Below, one piece after another: positions 31,283 through 39,930 of a stretch of DNA of 64,000 nt. The notes below the pieces were generated by a model that saw nothing but the letters and a program-made list of their open reading frames with translations, did not search any database and was not told the origin of the DNA. The stretch's first letter is position 1; every line of letters starts with the position of its first letter. This stretch comes from Actinomycetota bacterium. Lineage in GTDB: Bacteria > Actinomycetota > UBA4738. The stretch is from assembly GCA_036505215.1 (NCBI GenBank), contig DASXTW010000087.1:23886-87885 (forward strand), given 5' to 3'. Position numbers and translations under genes: made by a program.

Positions 31283-34200
31283 GCCGGACCGGCCTCCTGG
31301 TCACCCACAGAGCCACCCCCCACAGCAGAACCAGAATGACGATTTCCATGGTCCTGGCCCGTTGGCCGCCGAAATGGACCCGGTAGCCGGCGGGCAGGGG
31401 ACCCGTCCGGAATCCCGTGGCCCATCCGAGGGCCCGGGTCGCTTCGACCGATCCCTTCGCCACGACTGGCTCCAAACGCCATCGCGGATCGAACTGGTCC
31501 AGGAGCAGCACGAGGGCCGGCCTGGACCGCCCCGGCCCCAGGAACCGTTGCCCCGACGGGCCCTCGACCAGCGGCCTCTCCCTCGGCGTGAGCAGTGCTT
31601 CCACGGCCTCGAGCCGCGAGGATCTCGCGGCGCGGCTCCAGGCCGGATCTCCGATATCCGAAGCCAGAGCCACGGCCTTGGCGTTTAGAAAGATGGTCAG
31701 CCCTCTGGCCGAGACCAGATCCAGATCCACCTGCCGGGTGAGCCGTCGGAGCGCCGGGTTCGGCAGGTCACCCGGCTCTGCCAGAACGAACCTGATGCCG
31801 AAGGCAGCCAGGAGAGCCCCGCCGTGCCGGGTCTCCCCGGCCAGAACCTCCACCAGGGACTGGCGGAGGCGCGCGTAGCCCGGGCCCACGTCGGGACGGC
31901 CGATGTCCAGAGCGGAGGCACCGGCGGGATCGGTCACGGCGAACCGAACCGAGGCAGCCCCGGCCGCGACCGTCCCGGTGGGGAGCCCGCCGGGCGGGGG
32001 GAACGCGTCCCCCTCCGGCGACCCGACCCAGAGCACGCGGTAGGGAGGTCCTCCGGCCTCCCCGGCTAGGGGATACGCGACGGGGACTCGCTCGGGGCCG
32101 CCGATATCCCAGGAGGCGCTTCCCGCCTGGACGAGCTGGCCGAACAGTCCCACGGCCAGGAGCGCGGCCATCAGAGCAGTCCCGAGCTGGCGAAGGCCGA
32201 ATTGCGTCCGGCCCACTCCGTGCAGGAGCGAAGCCAGCCCCAACCCAACCAGCACGGAGTAGCTGAAGCCCGCCACGCCTACGTAGGCCACCGGGTTCGA
32301 CAAGGCGGCGGGGAGATATCCCGCCGCCGCGAGCCAGGCCAGGTACACGGATAGGACGGAGGCCACGCCGGCTCGAAGCGCCGTGATGTGATGCTGTTCG
32401 GAGACGAACAAGAGAGCGACGCCTGCGGCGCCGGGAAGGAAGAAGCCGGTCACCCACGACCCCGGCCCTGGGCCGAGCGAGAGCCGGGCGAGGGCGGCGA
32501 ACGAAGCTTCGCCGGCGAGGTCCTGCATTCCCCTCAGCGACCCCCGGGCAATCTCGAGCGTGAGCGGAAACGCCAGCAACGCCGCCAGAGCCAGGGCGAC
32601 GCCCACCAACACGAGCCCTCGCACACGTCGGGCTCCGGTGGGCGGAACGATCAGCACGGCCACCACCACCACTACGGCCGCTAGGATCGCTCCGAGGTAG
32701 AACGAACCGAGGATGGCCAAGCCGAGGGCCGCCCCCACGATCCACCGCCGGACCCGGATCGCCCCCAGATGATCGAACGGCAACACCAGCTTTCCGGCCG
32801 TCCAGGGAAGGCCCGCCAGGAACACGAGGACGGGAATCCTGCCCTGCGAGATGGCCCACAAGACTGCTGAACAGAGCCCGTAGCAGGCTCCGGCCATGAC
32901 AGACGGAATCGGGTCATCCGTCGCCGCCCGCACGGATCGATAGCACCCGATGGCGGCCACGGCCGGCAACGCCACCAGCAGGATCTTCTCGAGCAGAGTC
33001 GGGTTGCCCAGGGCCAGGACACTGCCCGCCCCGAGCAGCCCGAGGGCCGGGCTGGCTGCGGTGGTCCCCCCGAGACCAGTGTGCCTGATCCCCGACACGA
33101 GCTCTGCGAAGAAGGCGGAAGGCGACGAGGGGAACGCCCCGAGGCCGCCACCCTGAACCGGCGACACGCCGGGGAGGTGCCGGTAGGCGAAGGCGGCGGC
33201 CACGGCGCCCAGAGCCCACGCGGTGGCGGCGGGATGGTCCCGGGCGAATCGGAAACCCCGGGTCGGCGCGCTGAGCGCCTCGGCCTCACCGGCGCCTTCT
33301 CGCTTGGGCAAGAGCGCCTGGCCGGCCGACTGCGCCCACCGTCGCAGCCTGATCGTGGTGGGGGCCATCGCCCTGCGGACGGCCCGATCCGGCAGGGACC
33401 GAACCGCCTGGGCCCGTACTCGCCGCCGGAGGGTCCCGGGCAGATGCGCGATGTTCCATCCCCAGGCAGCCAGAAGCTGGTAGGCGTCCTGAAACCGCCG
33501 GAAGAGGGCGAGCACCAGGAGCCGCACGAGCCCCTGGGTCAGGTACAGGGGCAGGACCCAGATGAGAGTCAGCAGCCCGTAGTTCTTGAGGATGCTGGCC
33601 AGGGCCCCACGCTCCTGGTCGTAACGGCGAACGGACGCGCCGGGCGGAGCGGCCCGCTCTCCTTTGAAGCCGGCGCTCAGGTGGCGGGCCACTGCCCTTG
33701 GAGTCATCAGGATGCGGAATCCGGCCAGCCGGGCCCTCCAACAGAAGTCGAGGTCCTGCCGGCCCGAGGCCAGGCGCTCGTCGGGAAGTCCCACCCTGGC
33801 CCAGGTCTTCCGGGAGACGAGCATCGCGCAGGACGAGACGTACATGACCTCTCGGATGCGGTCGTACTGACCCTGATCGATCTCGCCGTCCTCCAGCGGC
33901 GAGTAGGAATAAGCGAAGCGATCGGTGGCGAGGCCGATCTCCCGAAGGACCTGGGGCTGCTCCCAGTCCAACACCTTCGGCCCGACCACTCCCACCCCTT
34001 CGATCCGCTCGGCCGCTTCGACCAGCGCCGCCACGGCTTCGGGTTCGAGGAACGTGTCGTCGTGGAGGAACAGGGCATAGTCCGCTTGCTGGGCCCTCTC
34101 GGACCCCAGCGCCACCGCGATGGCAGAGCCGAATCCGGCGTTCGCGGACAAGCGGATGACCCGGCCCGGCCCCAGCGCCGTCTCCAACAGGTCCGGCGAA

Positions 34201-34388
34201 CGGTCATCCGACCCGTTGTCGACGGCGAGGACCCCGATCCGAGGATGGGTCTGTCTGGCCAGTCCCATCAGGCATTGGGGCAGCCACGCCTCCCCGTCCT
34301 TGACAACGAGGACGACCAGGACGCTCGGTGGCTTCACCTTCCCGGCGTGAGCAGGATCCCGGGGGGCGCGCGTGTCAAGTTGAGCCAT
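31275..34388 (-). CDS. Large polytopic membrane glycosyltransferase: N-terminal GT2 (GT-A) domain and a C-terminal ~700-aa multi-TM domain
   Basis: …SVLVVLVVKDGEAWLPQC…AVDNGSDD…FLHDDTF… (GT2 DxD/ED motifs) followed by more than 12 predicted TM helices. Start set at ATG 34388 (MAQLDT…). Confidence 0.75.
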   Translation of the reverse strand: MAQLDTRAPRDPAHAGKVKPPSVLVVLVVKDGEAWLPQCLMGLARQTHPRIGVLAVDNGSDDRSPDLLETALGPGRVIRLSANAGFGSAIAVALGSERAQQADYALFLHDDTFLEPEAVAALVEAAERIEGVGVVGPKVLDWEQPQVLREIGLATDRFAYSYSPLEDGEIDQGQYDRIREVMYVSSCAMLVSRKTWARVGLPDERLASGRQDLDFCWRARLAGFRILMTPRAVARHLSAGFKGERAAPPGASVRRYDQERGALASILKNYGLLTLIWVLPLYLTQGLVRLLVLALFRRFQDAYQLLAAWGWNIAHLPGTLRRRVRAQAVRSLPDRAVRRAMAPTTIRLRRWAQSAGQALLPKREGAGEAEALSAPTRGFRFARDHPAATAWALGAVAAAFAYRHLPGVSPVQGGGLGAFPSSPSAFFAELVSGIRHTGLGGTTAASPALGLLGAGSVLALGNPTLLEKILLVALPAVAAIGCYRSVRAATDDPIPSVMAGACYGLCSAVLWAISQGRIPVLVFLAGLPWTAGKLVLPFDHLGAIRVRRWIVGAALGLAILGSFYLGAILAAVVVVVAVLIVPPTGARRVRGLVLVGVALALAALLAFPLTLEIARGSLRGMQDLAGEASFAALARLSLGPGPGSWVTGFFLPGAAGVALLFVSEQHHITALRAGVASVLSVYLAWLAAAGYLPAALSNPVAYVGVAGFSYSVLVGLGLASLLHGVGRTQFGLRQLGTALMAALLAVGLFGQLVQAGSASWDIGGPERVPVAYPLAGEAGGPPYRVLWVGSPEGDAFPPPGGLPTGTVAAGAASVRFAVTDPAGASALDIGRPDVGPGYARLRQSLVEVLAGETRHGGALLAAFGIRFVLAEPGDLPNPALRRLTRQVDLDLVSARGLTIFLNAKAVALASDIGDPAWSRAARSSRLEAVEALLTPRERPLVEGPSGQRFLGPGRSRPALVLLLDQFDPRWRLEPVVAKGSVEATRALGWATGFRTGPLPAGYRVHFGGQRARTMEIVILVLLWGVALWVTRRPVRHG

Positions 34389-34504
34389 GAGTTGGATCAA
34401 CAGCAGTCGGGGAAGCGTGGTGGAGCATAGCATTCCCCCCACCGCTGCCGGACCCGGTGGCCGGCGCCGGCATTCACAGAGCTGCGTCCCTACCCGAGAA
34501 AGGG

Positions 34505-34540
34505 CTGAAGGGGGGCTACGGACCCCCCTTCAGCAGCCCG
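34505..34540 (-). terminator. Perfect stem-loop (gctgaagggggg-ctacgga-ccccccttcagc) just downstream of the Lys-rich small ORF
   Basis: 12-bp inverted repeat read from the sequence. Sits between the small ORF stop (34554) and the GT2 start (34388). Could be a terminator or attenuator. Confidence 0.4.
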
Positions 34541-34553
34541 CTCTATCAACGAG

Positions 34554-34712
34554 CTATCTCTTCCTCTTGGCCGTGGACTTCTTCGTCGACTTCTTCTTCG
34601 CCGAAGACTTCCTCTTGGCCGTGGACTTCTTCGTCGACTTCTTCGCCGACTTCTTGGCGGTCGACTTCTTGGCGGACTTCTTGGCGGTCGACTTCTTCCT
34701 GGCAGCTGGCAT
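34554..34712 (-). CDS. Unannotated 52-aa Lys/Ala/Ser/Thr tandem-repeat protein (MPAARKKSTAKKSAKKSTAKKSAKKSTKKSTAKRKSSAKKKSTKKSTAKRKR); histone-H1/HU-tail-like, extremely basic
   Basis: ATG is preceded by GGAGGTGA (4-nt spacer). Lies 25 nt downstream of the whiB stop on the same strand. Uniform AAG/AAGAAG codon repeats. Below the ORF-track cutoff. Confidence 0.55.
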   Translation of the reverse strand: MPAARKKSTAKKSAKKSTAKKSAKKSTKKSTAKRKSSAKKKSTKKSTAKRKR

Positions 34713-34737
34713 GGTCACCTCCTCTCTCACACCTCGC

Positions 34738-34971
34738 TCAGGAGGCCATGCGCTTGAGGCGCCTGCGCTCCCGTTCGCTCATGCCACCCCACACCCCATA
34801 TCGCTCGTCGCGACGAAGGGCGTAGTTGAGACACTCGATGCGGACGGGGCAGTCGGCGCAGATTCGCTTGGCCTCGCGCGACGACCCTCCCTTCTCGGGG
34901 AAGAAGATCTCCGGGTCGTAATCCCGGCAGCGTGCGCGGTCCTGCCATGGAACGAAGTGGTGCACGGCCAT
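34738..34971 (-). CDS. whiB: WhiB-family (Wbl) Fe-S transcription factor, WhiB2/WhmD-like
   Basis: CRDYDPEIFFP…ICADCPVRIECLNYAL…GVWGGMSERERRRL with four conserved Cys. Confidence 0.9.
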   Translation of the reverse strand: MAVHHFVPWQDRARCRDYDPEIFFPEKGGSSREAKRICADCPVRIECLNYALRRDERYGVWGGMSERERRRLKRMAS

Positions 34972-35142
34972 CCCCCGAAATTACATTCTTGTAATTCTGA
35001 AGGAAACGACCCCAGAAACGCAAGTCCCCGGGCAGAACTTTTTGCCCTCCTTTACACCATGCGTCGCGCCGTTCCATGTCCATTCAGAATCGTGGCGTGC
35101 TGAAGCGTCTCGTGCAAGAGATTCTTGCCACTTTTTTGATAG

Positions 35143-35199
35143 TAAAGAGGCTTTACCGTTTTGGTAAAGCTACCTGACGGAATCCGACAAAATCCGGAC
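35143..35199. promoter_or_regulatory. AT-rich element upstream of whiB with three GTAAAG/CTTTAC hexamers in alternating orientation, plus the direct repeat aatccgaca/aatccggac
   Basis: GTAAAG at 35143, CTTTAC at 35151, GTAAAG at 35164. Locally AT-rich in a ~70% GC genome. About 170-230 nt upstream of the whiB start. Confidence 0.3.
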
Positions 35200-35250
35200 C
35201 TTTGGCGGCTTTCGACGTGAGATTCGGCCCCGGCCGACCGCCCGAGTGTG

Positions 35251-37737
35251 TCAGCCCAGAGGGACTACGTTGCGCGAGCGATCGACTCGGCCGTACGTCG
35301 TGGTGCGCTCGGCGGGAACGCGACCGATCTCACGGATCGCCTGCACGAACTCATCGGGCTCCTTGCGAATCCCCCATTCCGCTCCGGCCATCCGGGAGAT
35401 GGTTTCCTCCATGAGAGTTCCTCCGAAATCGTTGGCGCCTCCCCGGAGGATCAGCTTGCAGTACTCCATGCCCATCTTCACCCACGACACCTGCACGTTT
35501 CGGATCCGTGTGTGGAGCAGGATCCGGGCCACGGCGTGCATCCGTCGATTCTCGTCCAGCGTGGGGCCGGGCCGGGCCTTTCCCGCGAGATAGATCGGCG
35601 AGTTCTGCCATACGAATGGGAGAGGAACGAACTCGGTGAAACCGCCGGACTCGTCTTGGATCCTGGCCAGACGCTTGATGTGTCCGACCCAGTGGGGCGG
35701 GGCATCCACATGGCCGAACATGATCGTCGAGGAGCTGCGGATTCCAAGCGAGTGGGCAGTCTTGACGATCTCCTCCCACGTGTCGGCGGGGAGCTTTCCC
35801 TTGGTCAGAACCCACCGGACCTCGTCATCCAGGATCTCGGCCGCTGTGCCCGGGATCGTCCCCAGCCCGCGCCGCTTGCACTCCTCCAGAAACTCCCGGA
35901 ACGAGATCCCCAGGCGCGTGGCTCCGTTCAGTACCTCCATCGGGCTGAACGCGTGGATGTGGATATCGGGGACCCGCGCCTTGATGGCGTCGAGGATGCC
36001 GAAGTAGAAGTCGCCGGGCAGGCTGGGATGCAGACCTCCCTGGATGCATACCTCGGTCGCCCCGTAGTCCCAGGCCTCCTGTGCTCGGTCTGCCACCTCC
36101 TCCAGCGACAACGTGTAGGACTCCGGATCGATCTCCCGCTGGGCGAAAGCGCAGAACCGGCAGCCCGTGTAGCACACGTTGGTGAAGTTGATGTTCCGGT
36201 TGACCACGTAGGTGATCTCGTCCCCCACCGCCTCCCGGCGCAGCTCGTCGGCCACGCGGCACAGGTCCTCCAGCGCAGGGCCAGTAGCCTGGAACAGGGC
36301 CAAGGCCTCATCGTCGGTGAGGTCTGGCCTCCCCGTCGTTGCCTTCGAGAGCGCCTTCTTGAGATCTGCCTCCAGCCGAGCGGACTGCCTCCGCCCGGCC
36401 ACCCACTCCCTGGTCACAGCGATCTGGTCGAAGTCTCCGTACACGTCGACGGCGTCATGTCGCAGGCCGGCGTGCGGGCCCTTGGCGAACGTCAGGCCGA
36501 TGGTTCGGGCCTTCCACTGGACCTCCGGGTCCTGCCACGGCGTGGGCTCGGGCTTCTGGTCCGGGCGGGCCAGGCCATCCGGACCCGTCAACCGGCCCAC
36601 CGGTTCCTGCATCTTGCCGGCGATCCAGGGGTCCGGCTTGACCGCGTACTCCGGATAGATCGCCAGCCGCTCGCGGAGCGTGTATCCCTTCTCCGCGGTG
36701 CGCCGCTCGAGGTCTCGAAGCTTCGGCCAGGGCGCCTCCGGGTTCACGTGGTCGATCGTCACCGGCGAGACCCCGCCCCAGTCGTTGATCCCGGCGTCGA
36801 TCAGCCGTGGGTAGTTCGGGTCCGAGAGGTTGGGTGGGGCCTGCACGTTCATGCGCGGGCCGAACACGACCCGGGCAGTGGCGACCGTGGCCAGGAACTC
36901 CTCTTCCTCTGGCTCGGGGGCATCATGCATGGCCGTCCCCGGCTTCGCCCTGAAGTTCTGAATGATCACTTCCTGAACGTGCCGGTATTTGCGGTGGAGG
37001 TCCCGGATCGCGAACAGCGACTCCGCCCGCTCCCGCAAGGTCTCCCCGATGCCGACCAGGATGCCGCTGGTGAATGGGATCGACAGGCGCCCCGCGTCCT
37101 CGATCGTGCGCAATCTGATCCCCGGAATCTTGTCCGGAGAACCGAAGTGCGGGCCACCCTTCTCCGATAGCCGATCCGAGGACGTCTCGAGCATGATCCC
37201 CATCGAGGCACTGACGTGCTTTAGGCGGGCCATGTCCTCCCACCCCATGACACCCGGATTGAGGTGCGGCAGCAAGCCCGTCTCTTCGATGACCTTGATC
37301 GACACTGCCCGCAGGTAGTCGAGCGTCGAGTGGTAGCCCCGTTCGGCTAGCCACTCCCGCGCGACGGGGTAGCGATCCTCGGGCTTGTCGCCCAACGTGA
37401 ACAGCGCCTCCTTGCACCCGCGCCGGCGCCCGGCCTCGGCGACAGCCACGACTTCCTCCGGGGTGAGAAACGGCCTGTCGAGCTTGGCGGGAGGCTTGGC
37501 GAACGTGCAGTAATGGCAGTGGTCCCGGCACAGCATCGTGAGCGGGATGAAGACTTTCCTGGAGTAGGTGATGATCCTCCCGTGCCCGAGATCCCGAAGT
37601 TTCGAGGCCATCTCGCACAGCGGATCCAGAGCGGGGCCTCGCGCGGAGAGAAGCGCTTCCACTTCATCGAGGGACAGCGCCTTTCCGGCGCGGACTCGCG
37701 CCATTGAACGACGGAGCAGGTGGGCCAGGTCGATCAT
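35251..37737 (-). CDS. fbiC: FO synthase, bifunctional CofG/CofH (7,8-didemethyl-8-hydroxy-5-deazariboflavin synthase) for coenzyme F420
   Basis: Two radical-SAM CxxxCxxC motifs (CRDHCHYCTF, CYTGCRFCAF) in an ~830-aa two-domain protein. Start taken at the internal MIDLAHLL…; the track start is 57 nt further upstream. Confidence 0.9.
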   Translation of the reverse strand: MIDLAHLLRRSMARVRAGKALSLDEVEALLSARGPALDPLCEMASKLRDLGHGRIITYSRKVFIPLTMLCRDHCHYCTFAKPPAKLDRPFLTPEEVVAVAEAGRRRGCKEALFTLGDKPEDRYPVAREWLAERGYHSTLDYLRAVSIKVIEETGLLPHLNPGVMGWEDMARLKHVSASMGIMLETSSDRLSEKGGPHFGSPDKIPGIRLRTIEDAGRLSIPFTSGILVGIGETLRERAESLFAIRDLHRKYRHVQEVIIQNFRAKPGTAMHDAPEPEEEEFLATVATARVVFGPRMNVQAPPNLSDPNYPRLIDAGINDWGGVSPVTIDHVNPEAPWPKLRDLERRTAEKGYTLRERLAIYPEYAVKPDPWIAGKMQEPVGRLTGPDGLARPDQKPEPTPWQDPEVQWKARTIGLTFAKGPHAGLRHDAVDVYGDFDQIAVTREWVAGRRQSARLEADLKKALSKATTGRPDLTDDEALALFQATGPALEDLCRVADELRREAVGDEITYVVNRNINFTNVCYTGCRFCAFAQREIDPESYTLSLEEVADRAQEAWDYGATEVCIQGGLHPSLPGDFYFGILDAIKARVPDIHIHAFSPMEVLNGATRLGISFREFLEECKRRGLGTIPGTAAEILDDEVRWVLTKGKLPADTWEEIVKTAHSLGIRSSSTIMFGHVDAPPHWVGHIKRLARIQDESGGFTEFVPLPFVWQNSPIYLAGKARPGPTLDENRRMHAVARILLHTRIRNVQVSWVKMGMEYCKLILRGGANDFGGTLMEETISRMAGAEWGIRKEPDEFVQAIREIGRVPAERTTTYGRVDRSRNVVPLG

Positions 37738-37796
37738 GGTCGGGCCCGAATCTACGGCCGGCGTCACGTTCAGGCAAACGGCGGCAAGATACACGG

Positions 37797-38756
37797 GTGA
37801 GAGTTACGGCACTGGCGGGCGGGGTCGGCGCGGGGAAGTTCCTGCGTGGGCTGGTGAGAGTGGTCCCGGAGGAAGACGTGACCGTCGTGGTCAACACCGG
37901 CGACGACATCACCGTCCACGGCCTGCACGTCTCGCCCGATCTGGACTCCGTCACGTACTGGCTGGGCGGGGTGGCCGATCGGGTCCGCGGATGGGGACGG
38001 GACGGAGAGTCGTTCAGGGCAACGAAGGAGCTGCGGGCATTGGGCGCCGAGGGCGCATGGTTCGGCCTGGGCGATCTCGACCTGGCCACGCACCTCTTCC
38101 GGACCCGGCTCCTGGCGGAGGGCAGAACGCTGTCCGAAGCAACCCGCGAGGTGACCAGCCGTTTCGGGATCGGGGCCCGGGTCCTGCCGATGACCGATGA
38201 CTCCGTGACTACCCGCGTCGAGGTCGTGGACGAAGCCGGCCGATCCCTCGACCTGCACTTCCAGGAGTACTGGGTTCTGCGTGGGGCGCGGGACGAGGTG
38301 AAGTCCGTTCGGTTCGAGGGCGCTGAGCGGGCCCGCCCCGCTCCCGGCATCCTCGAGGCGATCGCGACCGCGGAGGCTGTGGTGTTCTGTCCTTCGAACC
38401 CCATCGTGTCCATCGACCCGATCCTTGCGGTTCCGGGCGTGCGCGAGGCGGTGGCGGCGCGGCGGGATCGGGTGGTGGCCATCTCTCCGATCGTGGGAGG
38501 AGCCCCGCTTCGCGGCATGGCGGACAGGCTCCTTCCCGTCGCCGGGGTGGACGTGTCTGCGGCGGGAGTCGCCGAGCACTACGGAGGGCTGCTGGGAGCC
38601 TTCGTCTTCGACCACGCAGACCGCGACCTCATCGACCGAATCCTGGCATCGTGCGATCAGGGACGGGTCGCCGACACGATCATGGTGGACGACGCGGCCG
38701 CCGAACGCCTCGCCCGAGAGGCTCTCGAGGTCGCCGGAGGCCCCCGTGTCGATTGA
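37797..38756 (+). CDS. fbiA: 2-phospho-L-lactate transferase CofD
   Basis: MRVTALAGGVGAGKFLRGL… (CofD/YvcK N-terminal signature). GTG start at 37797. Confidence 0.85.
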   Translation: MRVTALAGGVGAGKFLRGLVRVVPEEDVTVVVNTGDDITVHGLHVSPDLDSVTYWLGGVADRVRGWGRDGESFRATKELRALGAEGAWFGLGDLDLATHLFRTRLLAEGRTLSEATREVTSRFGIGARVLPMTDDSVTTRVEVVDEAGRSLDLHFQEYWVLRGARDEVKSVRFEGAERARPAPGILEAIATAEAVVFCPSNPIVSIDPILAVPGVREAVAARRDRVVAISPIVGGAPLRGMADRLLPVAGVDVSAAGVAEHYGGLLGAFVFDHADRDLIDRILASCDQGRVADTIMVDDAAAERLAREALEVAGGPRVD

Positions 38757-39930
38757 GATCCTCCCGCTCCGGGGGATGCCCGAGATCGGCCCTGGCGACG
38801 ATCTCGCGGCCATCGTGGGTCGGGCTCTCTCCGACGCACGCGTCCAGCTTCGGGACGGTGACGTGGTGGTGGTGACGCAGAAGGTGGTGTCGAAGGCCGA
38901 AGACCGGGTCGTGCCCGAGGGACCGGAGGGAAAGGCGAGCTGGGTGGCGAAGGAGACCCGTCGCGTGGTGGCCCGGCGGGGAGACCTGGTGATCGCGGAG
39001 ACCCGTCACGGACTCGTCTGCGCCAACGCCGGCGTGGACGCGTCCAACGTTGCCGAGGGGTACCTCGCCCTTCTTCCGGAAGACCCCGATCGCAGCGCCG
39101 AGGGGATCCGAGCCGCCCTCAGCTCATCGAGCGGCGCCGAGGTTGCGGTGGTGATCACTGACACGTTCGGCCGGCCATGGCGCCAGGGACTGGTGAACGT
39201 GGCCATCGGCTGCGCCGGCTTCCCGTCGCTGGTGGACCTGCGGGGGACCAAGGACGCGGTCGGGCGGATCCTGGAGGCGACGATAGAGGCCCTGGCCGAC
39301 GAGGTGGCCGCGGCCAGCGGTCTGGTCATGGGCAAGGCTGACGGGGTCCCTGCCGCCGTGATCCGTGGGGTCCACGCCGAAGGACCTCCGCTTCCCGCCT
39401 CTGCGCTGGTACGGCCGGATGAAGAGGACCTGTTCAGGGAGTCCTCGCTGGAGTCGCTTCACTCCTGGAGTGAGGCGACCAGGTTCGGCCCGGGCGATGT
39501 CGGACGGGACGTCGTTCAGGAGGCCCTCCTGGCCGGAGCAACCGCCCTTCGCGCCGGCGACGAGCAGCCATGGATCCTGATGGAGGTCTCCCGTGGGCGG
39601 GCCAGGGCCCGGCTGGCGGCGGCGACGGAAAGCGAGGCGGCGCGGACCCTCGCGGTGGCGCCTGTGGTCGTGGTGGGATTCGCCGGCCCGCCCACCTCCT
39701 CCGCCGACGGCGCCAGGGGGTGGAATGAGCCGGCGTGGGACGAGGCCGCCCTCCTTTTCGCGGGGGCTGCTCTGCAGAAGGTCCTGCTCGCCTTCCATGC
39801 CCTCGGCCTCGGGTCGTGCTGGATACCTCCCAACCGCTTCAGGACGAGCGAGGTGAGAGAAGCGCTTGGCCTGGCGGCCGGCCGAGGCTTCGTGGGAGCG
39901 ATTGCCGCAGGCCCTCTCATGCCTCCATGA
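38746..39930 (+). CDS. fbiB: Bifunctional coenzyme F420:L-glutamate ligase (CofE) with a C-terminal nitroreductase-like domain
   Basis: GTG 38746 overlaps the cofD stop. The CofE domain is followed by a C-terminal domain with …ALGLGSCWIP… (FMN nitroreductase fold), typical of actinobacterial FbiB. Confidence 0.85.
   Translation: MSIEILPLRGMPEIGPGDDLAAIVGRALSDARVQLRDGDVVVVTQKVVSKAEDRVVPEGPEGKASWVAKETRRVVARRGDLVIAETRHGLVCANAGVDASNVAEGYLALLPEDPDRSAEGIRAALSSSSGAEVAVVITDTFGRPWRQGLVNVAIGCAGFPSLVDLRGTKDAVGRILEATIEALADEVAAASGLVMGKADGVPAAVIRGVHAEGPPLPASALVRPDEEDLFRESSLESLHSWSEATRFGPGDVGRDVVQEALLAGATALRAGDEQPWILMEVSRGRARARLAAATESEAARTLAVAPVVVVGFAGPPTSSADGARGWNEPAWDEAALLFAGAALQKVLLAFHALGLGSCWIPPNRFRTSEVREALGLAAGRGFVGAIAAGPLMPP

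Noticed and set aside
34560-34700. Regularly spaced short repeats (possible CRISPR-like array)
   Set aside because: The repeats are codon-level AAG/TCG/ACC units of a Lys-rich coding sequence with an RBS and stop. There are no spacers or cas genes.
37704-38756. Upstream extensions of cofD (from 37704) and fbiB (from 38425) in the ORF track
   Set aside because: The extensions overlap upstream genes. Conserved N-terminal motifs and overlapping stop/start codons place the starts at 37797 and 38746.
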